A stretch of DNA of 64,000 bases from Tubulanus polymorphus (Eukaryota > Animalia > Nemertea). The position numbers and the translations under genes were made by a program. Numbering within the stretch: position 1 is the stretch's first letter; each line of letters starts with the position of its first letter. Under the pieces are notes generated by a model, which made no database searches, was not told the DNA's origin, and saw only the letters and a list, made by a program, of their open reading frames with translations. Below, piece after piece: positions 48,451 to 61,394 of the stretch. The stretch is from assembly GCF_964204645.1 (NCBI RefSeq), contig NC_134027.1, positions 18,624,560-18,688,559 on the forward strand. The letters are read 5' to 3'.

Positions 48451-48948
48451 CTATAAAAAGAAAATGTTAACATCAGTGGTAAGACAGTCATGGAAAATAC
48501 ACACATTTGAATAGACAAGGAAAAGTCAGTAAAAAGTCAATAATTGACTTTAGGGAAGCGTTCTACTTGATCTTCTTGTGAGCTGAAAGAGTGACGATAA
48601 ATGATGCCTAAGGGATCCATCATACATTCAACATGTTTTAGTGTGTGCAGAAACCATGTGTATATGAATCAGGTTCTGGTTTTAAGAAGATCGTCACTCA
48701 CCATGGCGCAATACACAAAACACACTCTCAGATAACTGAAGCCGATATTTTGGATACACTAAATGAATGAATCTGATGTCTTGGAAAGAATGATATTAGT
48801 AATAATGATGGCTGGACCGATGATATGAATTTTGAATAACCAAGTTGGGGTTCAGACCCTGAAGGTGACTCCCTAAGTTGGCCAACTTGAAATCATTTGA
48901 AAGCTTGTGGAATGAGCTTTCAGAAAATGTATGGTCATATCTACTTAA

Positions 48949-50659
48949 CGGGTAACTGACACTTTTTTAAAGATTTTCTACTTTTCAGCTCCGCTGTGAC
49001 CGAAGGTCAGCGGAGCTAATGGGTTAGGGGGTGAGCCGTTGTCGTCCGTCCGTCCGTCCGTTCATGCGTCTGTCAACTTATTCTTCAAATTGCTACTAGT
49101 CTTACAGTTTTAATCAGATCAATTCCAAATTTAGTATGAATGTTCTATGGACCTAGGCTCATAAAGTAAAAGAGCCATTTTTTGGATTCGTCCACCAGGG
49201 GGCGCCCCTGGGGGTGGAGTTTCTATTTCTTCAAATTGCTATTAGTCCTACAGTTTTAGGTATACAGCTTCCATTACTTCAAATCACACAGCGGAGCTAT
49301 ATAAGCCGATAGGCTCCTTGTTACACTAAACGATAAATAATAGTATACAATAAGGGTAGCTGATTTCATGATTGGAAAAATCTTTTCAATCTAGTCAGAA
49401 TTGATTTTTGATGTTCGCGCACCTCTTCAGTGTATACATTGCTTCAGCGGAACGCGAGGTACTGTGTCTATTAATAGAACTACGTCACTTAAGTGACGGC
49501 TCGGATAATGATGTCTAAAGAAATGAATAGGAAATAAGCTACAAGAGCAATTTGACTTAATTTTATATCTATTTGGCATTCAAATTCAGACAAAATTCCT
49601 CTTGATTTTAAAAAGTCTCCATATCAATGGTTATAATTAGCTGTTGAACGGACCACATCTGATCAAATTAAGCGCAAAAATAGGATTTGAATAGAAATCC
49701 ATGGCATTTTCTAGTAGACAGCAAGGAACATGGATGTATAAATCATCGTTTTGGATTATCATTTAGTGATAGTAAGTAAGATCATGGTTAGATATAATAC
49801 CGAGGATATTTTGACTTATGAACTGATGAATCTTAGACAGAATTGGCAGCAGGAATAATATCAATTCTTTGCTTGAAATACACCTCGTATCGGTAGCGGC
49901 TTTGGTCACGAAATTAGAATATTTCCTCATCCATCCTATTTCAAAACTTAAAAATAATGATTGTGAAAGATTTGTGATGTAATCTATCAAAACTCTTCTG
50001 CAGCGTGAAACTTGAATCGAAAAAAAAAATTCCTTTGAATATTTGCTGTAAAGGCTGTAGAAATCTATTGAAAGTTTTGTAGAGTTTTGAAGTGATAGTT
50101 TTCAAACTACTTAGTCTTAAATGATTATGAAAAATATGAATTTATTTATTCTTTAGTGAGATCGAAATCTGTGAGTGCTTATAAGATACTGTATAGTATG
50201 CTTGTGATGCTGAACTATAGGTGAACTATGGAACAGCAGTAACAGTGCTGAGAGCTTAGCATAGTGTACTACTTTAATAGCTTCATAGTGGATTGAAATC
50301 TGCATCTTTAATTTGATCGATTTAGCCTATTCAAATTACTCATTGATTCTTTGAAATAGGTTTATACAATAGACAATAGATCCTTCTACCTCCCTGGCCA
50401 TTTTCAAAGCTGTAAAACAATCTTGCATTGAGATATAACAGAAAACACGCTATTTCTCAGCTGTCCCTTTAATGACATTGCAGCGCGCATCTGCTGATTT
50501 AGGCGATGCTGAACAGTTAGCGATGCAAACAACGAAAATGAGGTCAAAAATCATGTTACAAATTGTGCGTAAACTAAAGATTGGTTGAACAGAACGGTTG
50601 AAGATGAGTGTAGGCCTATAGATCATATTTTGAAATTTAAAAAAAGTGTCAGTTACCCT
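48949..50659. mobile_element. TTAA-flanked non-autonomous element (Kolobok-like), containing a short HINE-like element at ~48981-49322
   Basis: TTAA|CGGGTAACTGACACTTTTTT...AAAAAAGTGTCAGTTACCCT|TTAA; inner element has AGCTCCGCTGTG / CACAGCGGAGCT subterminal repeats, (GTCC)n and a 3' hairpin AGCCGATAGGCT. Confidence 0.72.
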
Positions 50660-51111
50660 TTAATTATAATTCAGTTACCCTTATGAAGTCCATACTCAGA
50701 GGCGGGCTGAAAATATTTTCCGGTTAAATGGTTGAATTATGTATTGAAATATAATGATAAAATCTTCAACATTAAAACCCAAAGTATGTAACTAGGTATT
50801 GTCACCCTGATATGGTTGTAGGTAAAAATCCCTAGGTAAGTATCCCCTGGGTAAAAATCCCCTAGGTAAGAATCCTCAAATATTCAAAGCAGGTAAAAAT
50901 CCCCACTTGGTGATTTTCAAGAAAATTTCAAAGCAAAATGTTTCTCCAATTTTATTCATTTGCAATGAGACTGAAATATGTTTGAACTGCGCAGTGAAAT
51001 CCTTCATTGGGATACACTACATTCTGAAGGAGGGGGATTTTTACGTACTTAGAAGAATCGGGGATTTTCACCAAGGGGATTTTTACCTTGGGGATTGTTA
51101 CCTAGGGGATT

Positions 51112-51215
51112 TTGACTGACTGACTGACTGACTGACTGACTGACTGACTGACTGACTGACTGACTGACTGACTGACTGACTGACTGACTGACTGACTGAC
51201 TGACTGACTGACTGA
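51112..51215. repeat. (TGAC)n microsatellite at the end of a GGTAAAAATCCC/GGGATTTTTACC-repeat MITE (~50815-51115)
   Basis: ~26 perfect TGAC units directly after GGGGATTT. Confidence 0.95.
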
Positions 51216-51241
51216 TGCGTTACTTCCCGTCGCTGACCCAC

Positions 51242-51550
51242 TGTCACACATTTTATAATCATATATATCTACAATACTGTAACAAGATTTTCGTAATATT
51301 CTAAATCTCTTACGACATGAAAACCTTAATTATAATTAAAATTATAATAATATTATGATATTACTCAATGTCAATAGGTGTTAGTTTGAAAGTCCTGATG
51401 TCTACAACTTGTCTGACACTTATTTCTCACTTCATACTCATTATTCAGTATATAAAGAGGAGTATGTAAAAATACAGCTGCGATAACGGGTTTTCTGCAC
51501 AGCCTTGTTCGTATTCTTGATGTAGTCTGGAAAATGTGTCAGCCACGAAT
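51242..51550 (+). mobile_element. LTR fragment related to the solo LTR at 44226-44795
   Basis: Starts TGTCAC; 51368-51456 matches the reverse complement of ~44386-44477 (GTCCTGATGTCTACAACTTG..TATATAAAG). 3' end undefined. Confidence 0.6.
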
Positions 51551-51739
51551 GCGTGTATGCTGATGCAGCCCCACTATGCTATGAAAATGATGGGAATTTA
51601 GAATCCTGTTCAACGGTCAACACGGTTTTATAAAAGGAAGGTCTACAAAAAGTCATTTGGGCTTACTTGAAACCATGGATGATTGGACTAGATGGTAATT
51701 TAACTCTGGAAATTGATTTTTAGGCCTTAATAAGCTGAA

Positions 51740-51855
51740 ATGGATTTCAAAAAAGCATTTGATAAGGTACTACATCAGCGATTACTAAACAAGCTATGAG
51801 AAATGGTATCAATGATCTTGGGTCGCTTAAATGGTTCAGCAGTTTTCTCCGAACG
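51740..51855 (+). mobile_element. Tiny CR1/L2-group RT fragment
   Basis: MDFKKAFDKVLHQRLLNKL* then frameshifted GI....LKWFSSFL. Confidence 0.7.
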
Positions 51856-51929
51856 AAAAAAGGTGGCCGAAATCAGTGAATTTCCAAAACGACCTTAACA
51901 AGCTGTGTTCCATACATGGTCAGAAACAT

Positions 51930-52609
51930 GGAAGATGAGCTTCAACAAAGAGGCTGTTCCGTTATTAAACGATGGGTTTGTTTGTTCACTTGCCTTGTGA
52001 CTCGGTCAATACACCTCGAATTAGCAGATTCCCTCGAAACTGATAGTTTCATGCTAGTTTTTCGTAGTTATTTTAGTAGAGGTGGTATGCCTAGGGAATT
52101 GTATAGCGACAATGGAAGCAACTTCATTGGTGCTGAAAGGGAATTTAATCCTGTCTTTCGGAATGGAAACAGTCAATTATTTCAAATTTCTAAGTGGAAA
52201 AAAGGCACGAAGTGGATTTTCATGCCTCCCAACGCGCATCATTTCAGCGGGGTATGGGAATGTAGTTAAGTCTGTTAAGAGAGCTTTGAAATCAGTACTT
52301 GGGGAGCAATGTGTTTATAAAACCATATTACGCACTACCCTTATAGAGGTGGAGGGTGCTACCAACAGTAGACCCCTTACAAATAACAGTTCAGACCTGA
52401 ATGATCCAACACCATTAACGCCTAATCATTTTCTCCATGGTGGAGCATCTTCAATAGTCTCATTTGGTAAGTTTGAAAACAAAGAAATCAATAGCTGTAA
52501 AAGGTGGCGGCAGTGTCAGGTTCTAGCGGACCATGTGTGGAGGCAATGGATCGTTGAATACTTGCCTTCCCTCACTGTAAGAGGTAAGTGGACTGACGAA
52601 AACTCTTAA
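51930..52609 (+). mobile_element. BEL/Pao LTR-retrotransposon integrase fragment (pseudogene)
   Basis: KRWVCLFTCLVTRSIHLEL, YSDNGSNFIGA, KWIFMPP.A.HF.GVWE, then frameshift to VKSVKRAL, NSRPLT, LTPNHFL, W..W..EYL..L..R.KW. Confidence 0.92.
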
Positions 52610-52614
52610 CTTAA

Positions 52615-53215
52615 TAAAGGATCAATGGTCGAGTGGCTTGCCAAACTGGTTTGAAGTAAAAAAATCTGTCACGTAGGCTACCGGTATGCAAAAAAACATT
52701 TCATTAAAAATTAAACTTGAAAAAATATATAAAAAAGGACTCATTTTTGGCCAGTGTGAACTTATAATGATAACTGACTTATAACGATAATGAAATCTTC
52801 GAATAATTGGTTATGGGCCTTTGTCTGAACAAATGTTCATAATTGTAATATATCCCTTGAATGATGTAAAACCACTAAAACTATGAGTGACCCAATAAGA
52901 TACGGTACTAACTTGGTGAGAGCCTGGGTTTCATCGGGGGTTTTTTCATTTTCATCATACTGACCAATCAGGACAGAAGCTCCCTAGTTCTTCAAAATGA
53001 GGCCAGCCACGGACAAAACAAAGTTATCGACTGACATGATTTTTGATAATTTCACGATAGGATTGCTTACATCTTCACTCAGACAAATCGTTATTACTAC
53101 ACCGTGGCGCGCGTACTCTATAACTGATACATACACGCAGTGAACACGAGAATATAAGTCTATATTGCTTACGCGACTGTACACGACTGTTTTCAACGCG
53201 AACGCTCAACTGTGC
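52615..53215 (+). repeat. Interspersed repeat, second copy at ~63368-64000
   Basis: TAAAGGAYCAATGGTCSAGTGGCT...GATACGGTAC.AACTTGGTGA..GCGACTGTACACGACTGTTTTCAACGC colinear in both copies; right end not determined. Confidence 0.85.
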
Positions 53216-54280
53216 CGCAGTTAACAAACTAATACAAATAATCAGGCTCCAAAACGGATTGCTAATGTGAACGTTAATAAAATGACTTCAATTTACGATG
53301 ATAAAACAAGTAGTGTTCCAGTCGTGTATATATCAGACTCATCCCTAAAAATCCGCATTTTGAAACCACATTTTCGTCAGATATATTTGTGCAACGTTAC
53401 GTTATGCATGGGATATCAAAACTAGACGAATCTTTGAACACATCGCACACATTTAATCGTTACATCATACGCCTTGAGTATTCATGCTAGAAATGATGGA
53501 TATCAACCTATTCAATCGTGCCACCATTTTGTTTGTGAAATAACGCGCACCAGCTGATCTACCTCGTTCAATGTTATGACGTCATGATGGAAGTCAAAAC
53601 CGGGTCAACACAAATTTTATAGAAGCAAGATTTCGAGGGGTTTCGTCTTCGAAAGCCCATAACTACCGAACAAAGCGGATCTTGGCGATATAAAGTTGTT
53701 ATATCGCAAATAGCATTGAATTTTCACATGTGTAATTTTGGACAGCTAAAGATGCTGCATAAAAAAACGTGCCCAATAAATCGAATTTTTGAAACTTTTT
53801 GGTAAATTTCTCAAAAAATATGAAACCCACAGCTTTGCGCACCATAAAGAGAAAGCAATTACGAAATATATTTTTGCTTAATCCGTTCAATTCTGGATGT
53901 TTCCGGCCTGACGGTGCTTTTGTGACGTTGATTCATCACAATACGCAAGGAGTATTTGTAGATCGAAGTGAGCTGAAGGATATCATATGGATTGTATCAG
54001 CAACAGCAGTAAGGTAACAAAGCCTATGTTCTTTTAGTAAAAATAGCATGGAATAAAATAATAACAAGAGGCCCACGGGCCTTGTACCTTCATGACACAG
54101 TAGAAGAAGAATGATTCAGTATTCCAAGTTATACAGAATGATTTACATTGTAACGATGTATCAAGTTTTAGAATAGTTAAGAGGTATAGGCTATGTGGCG
54201 ATAATGTTCATTTTCTGTTAATATATCCTTACATGAAAAGACAAGCCCATTTTAGCTGCCCCAAAGATCACACTACATGA

Positions 54281-55259
54281 AACTAGAATGAGGCAAAGCC
54301 TCGAATGCCCCCGGCCTGAAATTTACAGGCATATGTGAATTTACAGGGTTTGTCCCTGGGATTATTTCATAACGGGCTTCCTAGCCCCTATTGTCAACTG
54401 TAGCCTATAGAGGACAGATACCCAGATGGGTTCTACCCCAAGTGATACCCTAGTTGTGTACCAAGTTTGAAAACAATCGGTCAACAACGGCCTCTAGACT
54501 GTTAACGTGGTTTTTCATGTCGGCCCCCTGGTGGCTAAAATTTAAATCGAATCGACCCAATTCTAAATAGGGTTCTACCTCAAGTAATACCCTATGTGTA
54601 CTTAGTTTTAAAACAATCGGTCAACAATTACGGCCTCTAGATTGTTAACGTTGTTTTTCATGTCAGCCTCCTGGTGGCTAAAATTTAAATCGAATCTACC
54701 CAATTCTAAATAGGGTTCTTCCCCAAGTGATATCCTACTTGTGTACCAAGTTTTAAAACAATCGGTCAACAATTGCGGCCTCTAGGCTGTTAACGTCGTT
54801 TTTCATGTCGGCCCCCGGCTGGCCATAATTTAAATCGAATCGACCCAATTCTAAATAGAGTTCTAACCCAAGTGATATCCTACTTGTGTACCAAGTTTTA
54901 AAACAATCCATCAACAATTGCGGCGGCCTCTAGGCTGTTAACGTCGCTTTTCAAGTTGGCACCCCTGGTGGCCATAATTTAAATCGAATCGACCTAATTT
55001 TAAATAGGGTTCTGGCCCAAGTGATATCCTACTTGTGTACTAAGTTTTAAAACAATCGGACAACAATTGCGGCCTCTAGGCTGTTAACGTCGTTTTTCAT
55101 GTCGGCCCCCTGGTGGCCATAATTTAAATCGAATCGACCCAATTTTAAATAGGGTGCTGGCCTAAGTGATATCCTACTTATGTACCAAATTTGAAAACAA
55201 TCGGTCAACAATTACGGCCTCTAGACTGTTAACGTCATTTTTATGCCGGGGCATAAAAA
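54281..55259 (-). mobile_element. HINE-like element with a homogeneous ~145-bp tandem array (5+ units), nested in family C
   Basis: AACTAG + hairpin GAGGCAAAGCCTC + ATGCCCCCGGC at left, GCCGGGGCATAAAAA at right; AAACAATCGG recurs at ~54471, 54611, 54756, 54901, 55050, 55195; empty site at ~43991-44004. Confidence 0.85.
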
Positions 55260-57571
55260 TGCATCAAGAATTGGTGTAGGCATCGTGCTGAAAAGAAATC
55301 CAAGATGGATGGCAACCCTGGTGGCCATACTTAAACTCTATTTTCAATAAGGGGTAGACATTTCACCTACCAAAATTCTTACACCTAGTATCCTGAAAAT
55401 GCATCAAGAATTGCAGGCCATTTCGTGCTAGAAATTCAAGATGGCTGACCTGGCGGCCATATTTGAAGGCCGATGACCTCCATATACAAAAGGCAAGGAC
55501 AGCTTGACCCTGATCCTCACACCAAATTTTGTGGAAATCAAGAATTGCGGGTTGCATCGTGCAAACAAGAAATTCAAGATGGCCACCCCAATGGCAGCCA
55601 TATTTGATCACCAATGACATTTTTTTACAATAGGGGTGGACATCTCGCCAGACCCAATCTTCATGCTAATTTTCAAAAAGATTCATCGAAAATTACAGGC
55701 GAATTACTTTGTCGAATTCAATTCAATTCCAGAGGCCTGCCTTAGGCTTATGTAATTGGAGTCAATTAAGATTCGACTTTTTGAAAAACCAGCACAGATG
55801 CCCATTCAAATCACATGTAATTAAAAAATTCAGTGCTATTAGTTTGATGTCCCTGTTTTCATCGCGCACGTGGTTAAAATTATTGTTTACATCGAACGTC
55901 TTCAACAACTAATACGACCGCACCCGCGTCTGTCAATCATCTTAATTGATTCATTTACTATGAAAAAAACTATGCAGTGGATCAATCCGGGATTTTTCAG
56001 TAGAATGTCAGACACTAGGTACCTTTCTTTAAAGGTTTATTTGTTGTATGTCATTAACAATCAGTTATATAATACTTTATTCATAAGTTTCAAGCGGCGC
56101 GCCGACAGCGAATGCTCAAGCAAGGTCAGTCACGTAGGCCAACGATAACACGAAACAGACCACGGTTTTGCCGATTAAGAGCGTCTCTCCACATAAACTA
56201 GAGGGACTGTTATGGACCATTTGTTGACACTAACCTTTTATAAGCTTCGTATGGATAAAATCAAGATAATTCCACCCTATAATTCCACTATTCCATGATC
56301 GACACGCAGCTTTAACATGGCGTCAATACGCTAATCACGATGTATCTCACATCAAAATCACACTTGATTTACAAGTGTTGACTTATGAGAAACGATTGAA
56401 ATCTAGCAAGTTGATTGGGAAAATAGCAGCACTATAGTTGAAAAAAGTTGATAAACCACCTCCGACTGTCTAATCATTTAAAAGCTTCGCCTTCACATGG
56501 AACTATTTCCGCCATATCACAGGTGCACTCTGCCGCCGTGATTCGCCCAATCAACGATAAAAACTTTCCCATGGTCTTACTATCGGCATTTTCTAATAAT
56601 TTAGGGAAATATTTTTAAAAAGCGAAATTTCACAATAATTATTTAATAAGATTAAAGTATTTATTTGTTTGACAAATCTTCCTCTGAACTCCCACCAACA
56701 AGTTATAAGTGGCGAAACGAAAAATGACGTCATCGACTCCCTACAATCTACTACGTCATGAAGGTAATAATAAGAAACACCCGAATATCAATAGGATTTT
56801 CTGTGAAGAAACAGAAAACCCTAATTAAGATTATCATTCACATTCCGGGATGCAATAAAGATTGTACATTTAAGGTTTAACTCTGTTGTTGTTCCTGATG
56901 GATGGAATCCTGTACTGCTGGTGTAAATGCTAGTTCCCCAACCAGCCTGCCGATACAACCTCCAGCCGGTTACAGTATCCAGGGATAACATGCCCCCTCG
57001 GTATACCGATCTTTCAATATTCGACACCCCTATACAAAACTATATACAAATAGGAATGACCTTGAAACTTACTAAAAATCAGAATAAGTAATGAGCTAAA
57101 ACTTCGAAATGATTTGTGTTTAGAACAAGAGCCTTCAATACTATATAACAATAATATATGTTAGCCTATACGTTGCAGAACTGAGCTACTTATTTTCGTA
57201 CCTTACCATTCATTTTACTAGCATTAATGTCATAGACGTCAAGCTATGCTTAAAAGTTACAGGACAGCCATCTTGCGTTCAATCCACCAAATTTTTCTTT
57301 TGATCATAGGCCCCAGGTGGATACATAAACATCTTCAAAATTTCCCATGAAAACTTATTGATATCATATTAAATATTAGTTTCAGAGACACCAGTCAACC
57401 ATCTGACCAGGCCAATTTTTGGGCTGAAGATGTGTATGACCATGTGTAACCAAATATGCAGACAATCCATTGAATCACTTCAAAACTTCCTTAAATGATC
57501 TTGGCCATGATCAAAACTCGTTTAAAATAATCATCCCCGATACATAACTTCCCATGACAACTAGACAAAAA

Positions 57572-57753
57572 CGGGGCTGCCAATCGCGAAAATTGTTTTG
57601 AGGGAAAAAGGGTCCCCATCTTTCCGGAACAGCCATCAATTTTCAGGGACATCCTAAAATTTAAGCAGTACTTTTTCCCAAACCGCTAAAATAGCCAACT
57701 TTCCATTGAAAACATTGAAATTAATAATAAAGGACCATGGATCCAGCAGGATG

Positions 57754-57785
<32 letters not shown>

Positions 57786-59833
57786 CTTTATCTTTTTTAG
57801 GATCAACAGGGGACACTAGTTTTGAGCACAAAAATCGATTGTTCTCGGATTTGCAATAATGTAGAAACAGCTGATGACGATGAAATCATGGTGCAATGTG
57901 TAGTAAGCTTTTTCAACTTTGTCTTTGATGATATACATGGCAATGGGTTTTCCCTATGAGTAACAAGTACATGGTAGAACATTCCTTGATAATGATGTCA
58001 CAGAAAGCCCTTCTAGAGAGATTTCCAAATGATGCCTTTCTGAAGGGCTTTTATGGAAGGCGAAAGCCACCAAAACATGGTTATATGTCATTCGATAATC
58101 AAAAGGTTTGAATAGATGATGAAAACATATAAAACATGAAAAACTGTCAAAAGGTGATAAAAGGTCAATTGATGGTATTTTATCATATTTTCATATTTTA
58201 TCACCTTTTCATTATCTTTCAACGGTTGCCAATAGCAACCATTCGATGATACTACTAATGCCATCTGTGCATATAGAGGCTATCAATCCATCTATTTCTG
58301 GTAAAAAGTAGATATGAGTTCCAATGTCTCTACTCCGCACTCTGTTGTCGCGCTATAATCTTCGAATCCCAAACAAATTGAATATGATCATGTTCGAGTC
58401 CCTTATTTACATGTATTTCCTAATGAATTTTGATCATTTTTTGTAAATTTATCTAGAATGCCTGGATTCTGAGGCATTTTTGTTCCATTCATGACTTCTC
58501 GGGGTGCCTTTAATATTAATAAGAAAATGCTTATTAATTTTTCTTAAGAAAAACATTGCGTCAACAATTGTGATGCCTTACTCACTCTTATTAGACTGTT
58601 GTGAGAATTGTATGTATCACATATTCATAAAATTTTGAAATTCATGAATGACTCAGGAAAGATACTAACTAATCCTTTCAAAAACTGACAAAGTGAAAAA
58701 TTCATTATCCTTATTGATTAACAAGCAAAATGATTTATGAATAGAATTGATAAATTTATTTGGACAATTCGCTTGTCAGCAAACAAGTGAAGGTTTTGCT
58801 GAAAATTTAAGATCATTTGCTATTTGACATTCGAATTCGAGACTTAGCTTAACTTAGTCTTGACAAATTGTCAGAAGACATTTCCCGAAAAAAACCTAAT
58901 AGCACGCAACCTAATAGCTACGAGTAATCGAGATGATTGCCCGTAGCACGCACGAATAAACTAGTGCAACTGGCGTTACCAAAGTTCATGAAAATATGAA
59001 TTTTCTCCTGGACCTGAACCCAAAAGTGCGATAAAACCTACACAAATACACATGTCATGACGCCCACACATTCAACGATTTCTCGACTAAGTTGATTTAG
59101 GCTACCCAAACCTTATTATTACGCGTGTGTTTGAGTTGTCCTATCTGCTATTCGCCTGAAATAGATGGATTGACGCCTCTATATGCCGATAGATGGCGTT
59201 CATAGTATCATCGAATGGTTGCTATAGGCAACCGTCGAAAGATAATGAAAAGGTGGTGAAAGATGAAAAGGTGATAAAATATGATGAAATACCATCAATC
59301 GACCTTTTGAGAGTTTTTCATGTTTTTATCACCTTTTTATATGTTTTCATCACCTTTTTATACATTTTCATCACCTTTTTATATGTTTCATCATCAATTT
59401 AAACCTTTTTATTATCGAATGACATATAACCATGTTTTGGTGGTTTTCGCCTTCCATAGGCTTTCCCTGTGATGTCATGAAACAAGGTCAAGCATTGATT
59501 AGTAGAATGAGGGAAATTCATCGAAATTTTGCAGTTTCTCCCAGCACTTCCAAACAGCTTAGACCTGATGGACGAAACTTGTCATATCAATTCCTACACC
59601 TATTTCCCTCCTAGTGACAATATATCGGCTGTGTATATTCATTGGTTACAATTTGTGCCACCAAGAGGTAACAGATAGTTTCTCCAGTTTCTACAGTTGA
59701 TCCTAAAAACTGTGACATTTTCTGTGAAAAAAGCAAATTGTTTGAAAATCAGGGACATTTTAATGCTTCACAGACAGCGGGACTATGAAATTCCATAACT
59801 GTCCCGCAAAATGTGTGATGGTTGGCAGCTCTG
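57572..59833. mobile_element. hAT-like element (GGGCTGCCAA termini) containing family X copy 2 (57731-59704, -)
   Basis: CGGGGCTGCCAATC ... GGTTGGCAGCTCTG with GGGAC subterminal motifs; TSD not clean. Confidence 0.55.
58052..59458. mobile_element. IS3EU-like non-autonomous DNA transposon with long TIRs
   Basis: GGCTTT|TATGGAAGGCGAAAGCCACCAAAACATGG...CCATGTTTTGGTGGTTTTCGCCTTCCATA|GGCTTT; ~240-bp imperfect TIRs; TAYGG termini with 6-bp TSD fit IS3EU; single GGCTTT-equivalent (AAAGCC) at the empty site ~6042. Confidence 0.82.
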
Positions 59834-59922
59834 TGAAAACTAAAAGCAATCCAAAGTGGGCTAGAAATTTACTGCGAGACTTAGCAAGTACATGAAAATA
59901 GTTCTTTTACGAAAAGACTTAC

Positions 59923-60097
59923 CAAAAATATAGACGCCTTTAAGGGTTTGTACAACAGACATAGCAGAACGAGGTTGAGTTAACTGAGGAACTGAGTTTG
60001 AAGGACGCTGCATAAGTGCAAACCAACCATCACCATCATATACCTCACAGGATCTTAATGAATCGCCGCATCGCTCACCACCAAATACCATCAATAC
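59923..60097 (-). CDS. Kelch-like gene coding exon (blades 1-2)
   Basis: tag|VLMVFGGERCGDSLRSCEVYDGDGW...QPRSAMSVVQTLKGVYIF+G|gtaag; 175 nt, phase 0/1. Confidence 0.9.
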
Positions 60098-61175
60098 CTA
60101 AACAATACATTAAATGAGATAGAGTGAGCTAGAAAAGCATGACAAATTCGGATAATAAGATAACACTAGACAAGTATATCGTAGAAGCCTGCAAATTCAT
60201 TATCATAGTTCTATCCTAAAACCACAGCTAAAACCATGGATCAAGTTATAATAAGATTGGTCGGAAACTATAGACTGTAGAGCAGGAAGAAGAAGTCACA
60301 AGAAAATCAATCAAAAACCGAAGACTGGAGAGCGGAATAACATCAGCCCACCCGACAACAATACTCCTCGCATCCTATGGCTGAGGGGTAAAAACACAGG
60401 CCTAACACAGCGTATGCACGGTATATGGCATAATAAACGACCATGGGTCCAGTAGGATCAACAGTACAGTTCACCTTTGAACATAAAAATTGATTTGTTC
60501 TGGGATTTGCAATAATGTATTAAGATGAAATCATGGTGCAAAACACTACTGTAGTAAGCAGGTTCAAATATGGTGATATGTGGTAATAAGTTTACCCCAT
60601 GAATAGCACAGGGCAGAACAATCAACAACGATTAGTAGAATGGGAAAAAATTGAAAATTGAAATTTTGCTTATTTTTTCCAAGTACTTCCTAACGGCAAA
60701 AATCTGACAGATAAAACTTTCCATATTAGTTCCAACACCTATTTCTCTCTTAATGACAAAATGTCAGCTAAGTATACCCAGTGGTTACACTTTTTGCCAC
60801 GAAGAGCAGTTACTCTCAGAGGTTTCCCTCAGAAATTTTCATACACTTTCGTGAATTATTTCGATTTATGGAATTTGAATCATATTTTCACCATCTTTTA
60901 TTCAGAGTACTTTTTTTCACAATTCGTCACATCAATCTGACCACTTCATCTCAATGTGTAGCAACAGTTGTCTATTAGACAAGAGCAGGTTGATCAGGGC
61001 ATAACAATTGATTTCCTGATTGCAAGAATGTTGTGTTTGTTATAGGCCTAGTCAACAGATTGTGGCTAATACACAGGTCAGCTGGTGATGCAGGGCCCCA
61101 GGAATTTCCATGAATCTAGAATGCCATCTCTCTAAGTTATAAATCTTTGTACTCTGGGTTGGAATGCAATCATAC

Positions 61176-61394
61176 CTCTTTCCATTTGCCTCGATTCAAT
61201 TCACATATCTGTTGATATTTCTCACACCGTTGCATACACATACGAGGAATAACTTCTGATGTTTGTTGTTTTAGGAAGTCATGTAAATGCGATCGAATTG
61301 ACTCCGACAATCGATCCATATCTACTGAATTCAATAGATACACTAAATTCATCTGTCGATTCATTAAATCATACTTCACCCATTCCATTATTAA
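61176..61394 (-). CDS. Kelch-like gene coding exon (end of BACK domain and linker)
   Basis: tag|LIMEWVKYDLMNRQMNLVYLLNSV...EVIPR...KWKE|gtatga; 219 nt, phase 0/0. Confidence 0.88.

Noticed and set aside
54420-55240. Regular array as a possible CRISPR or coding repeat
   Set aside because: Whole units repeat with no unique spacers and no ORF; it is a tandem array within a HINE-like element.
51242-56974. A single LTR retrotransposon spanning LTR piece, BEL integrase and LTR piece
   Set aside because: Flanks do not form a TSD, the two LTR pieces differ in their 3' parts, and the related solo LTR has a 4-bp TSD, unlike typical BEL/Pao; more likely independent fragments.
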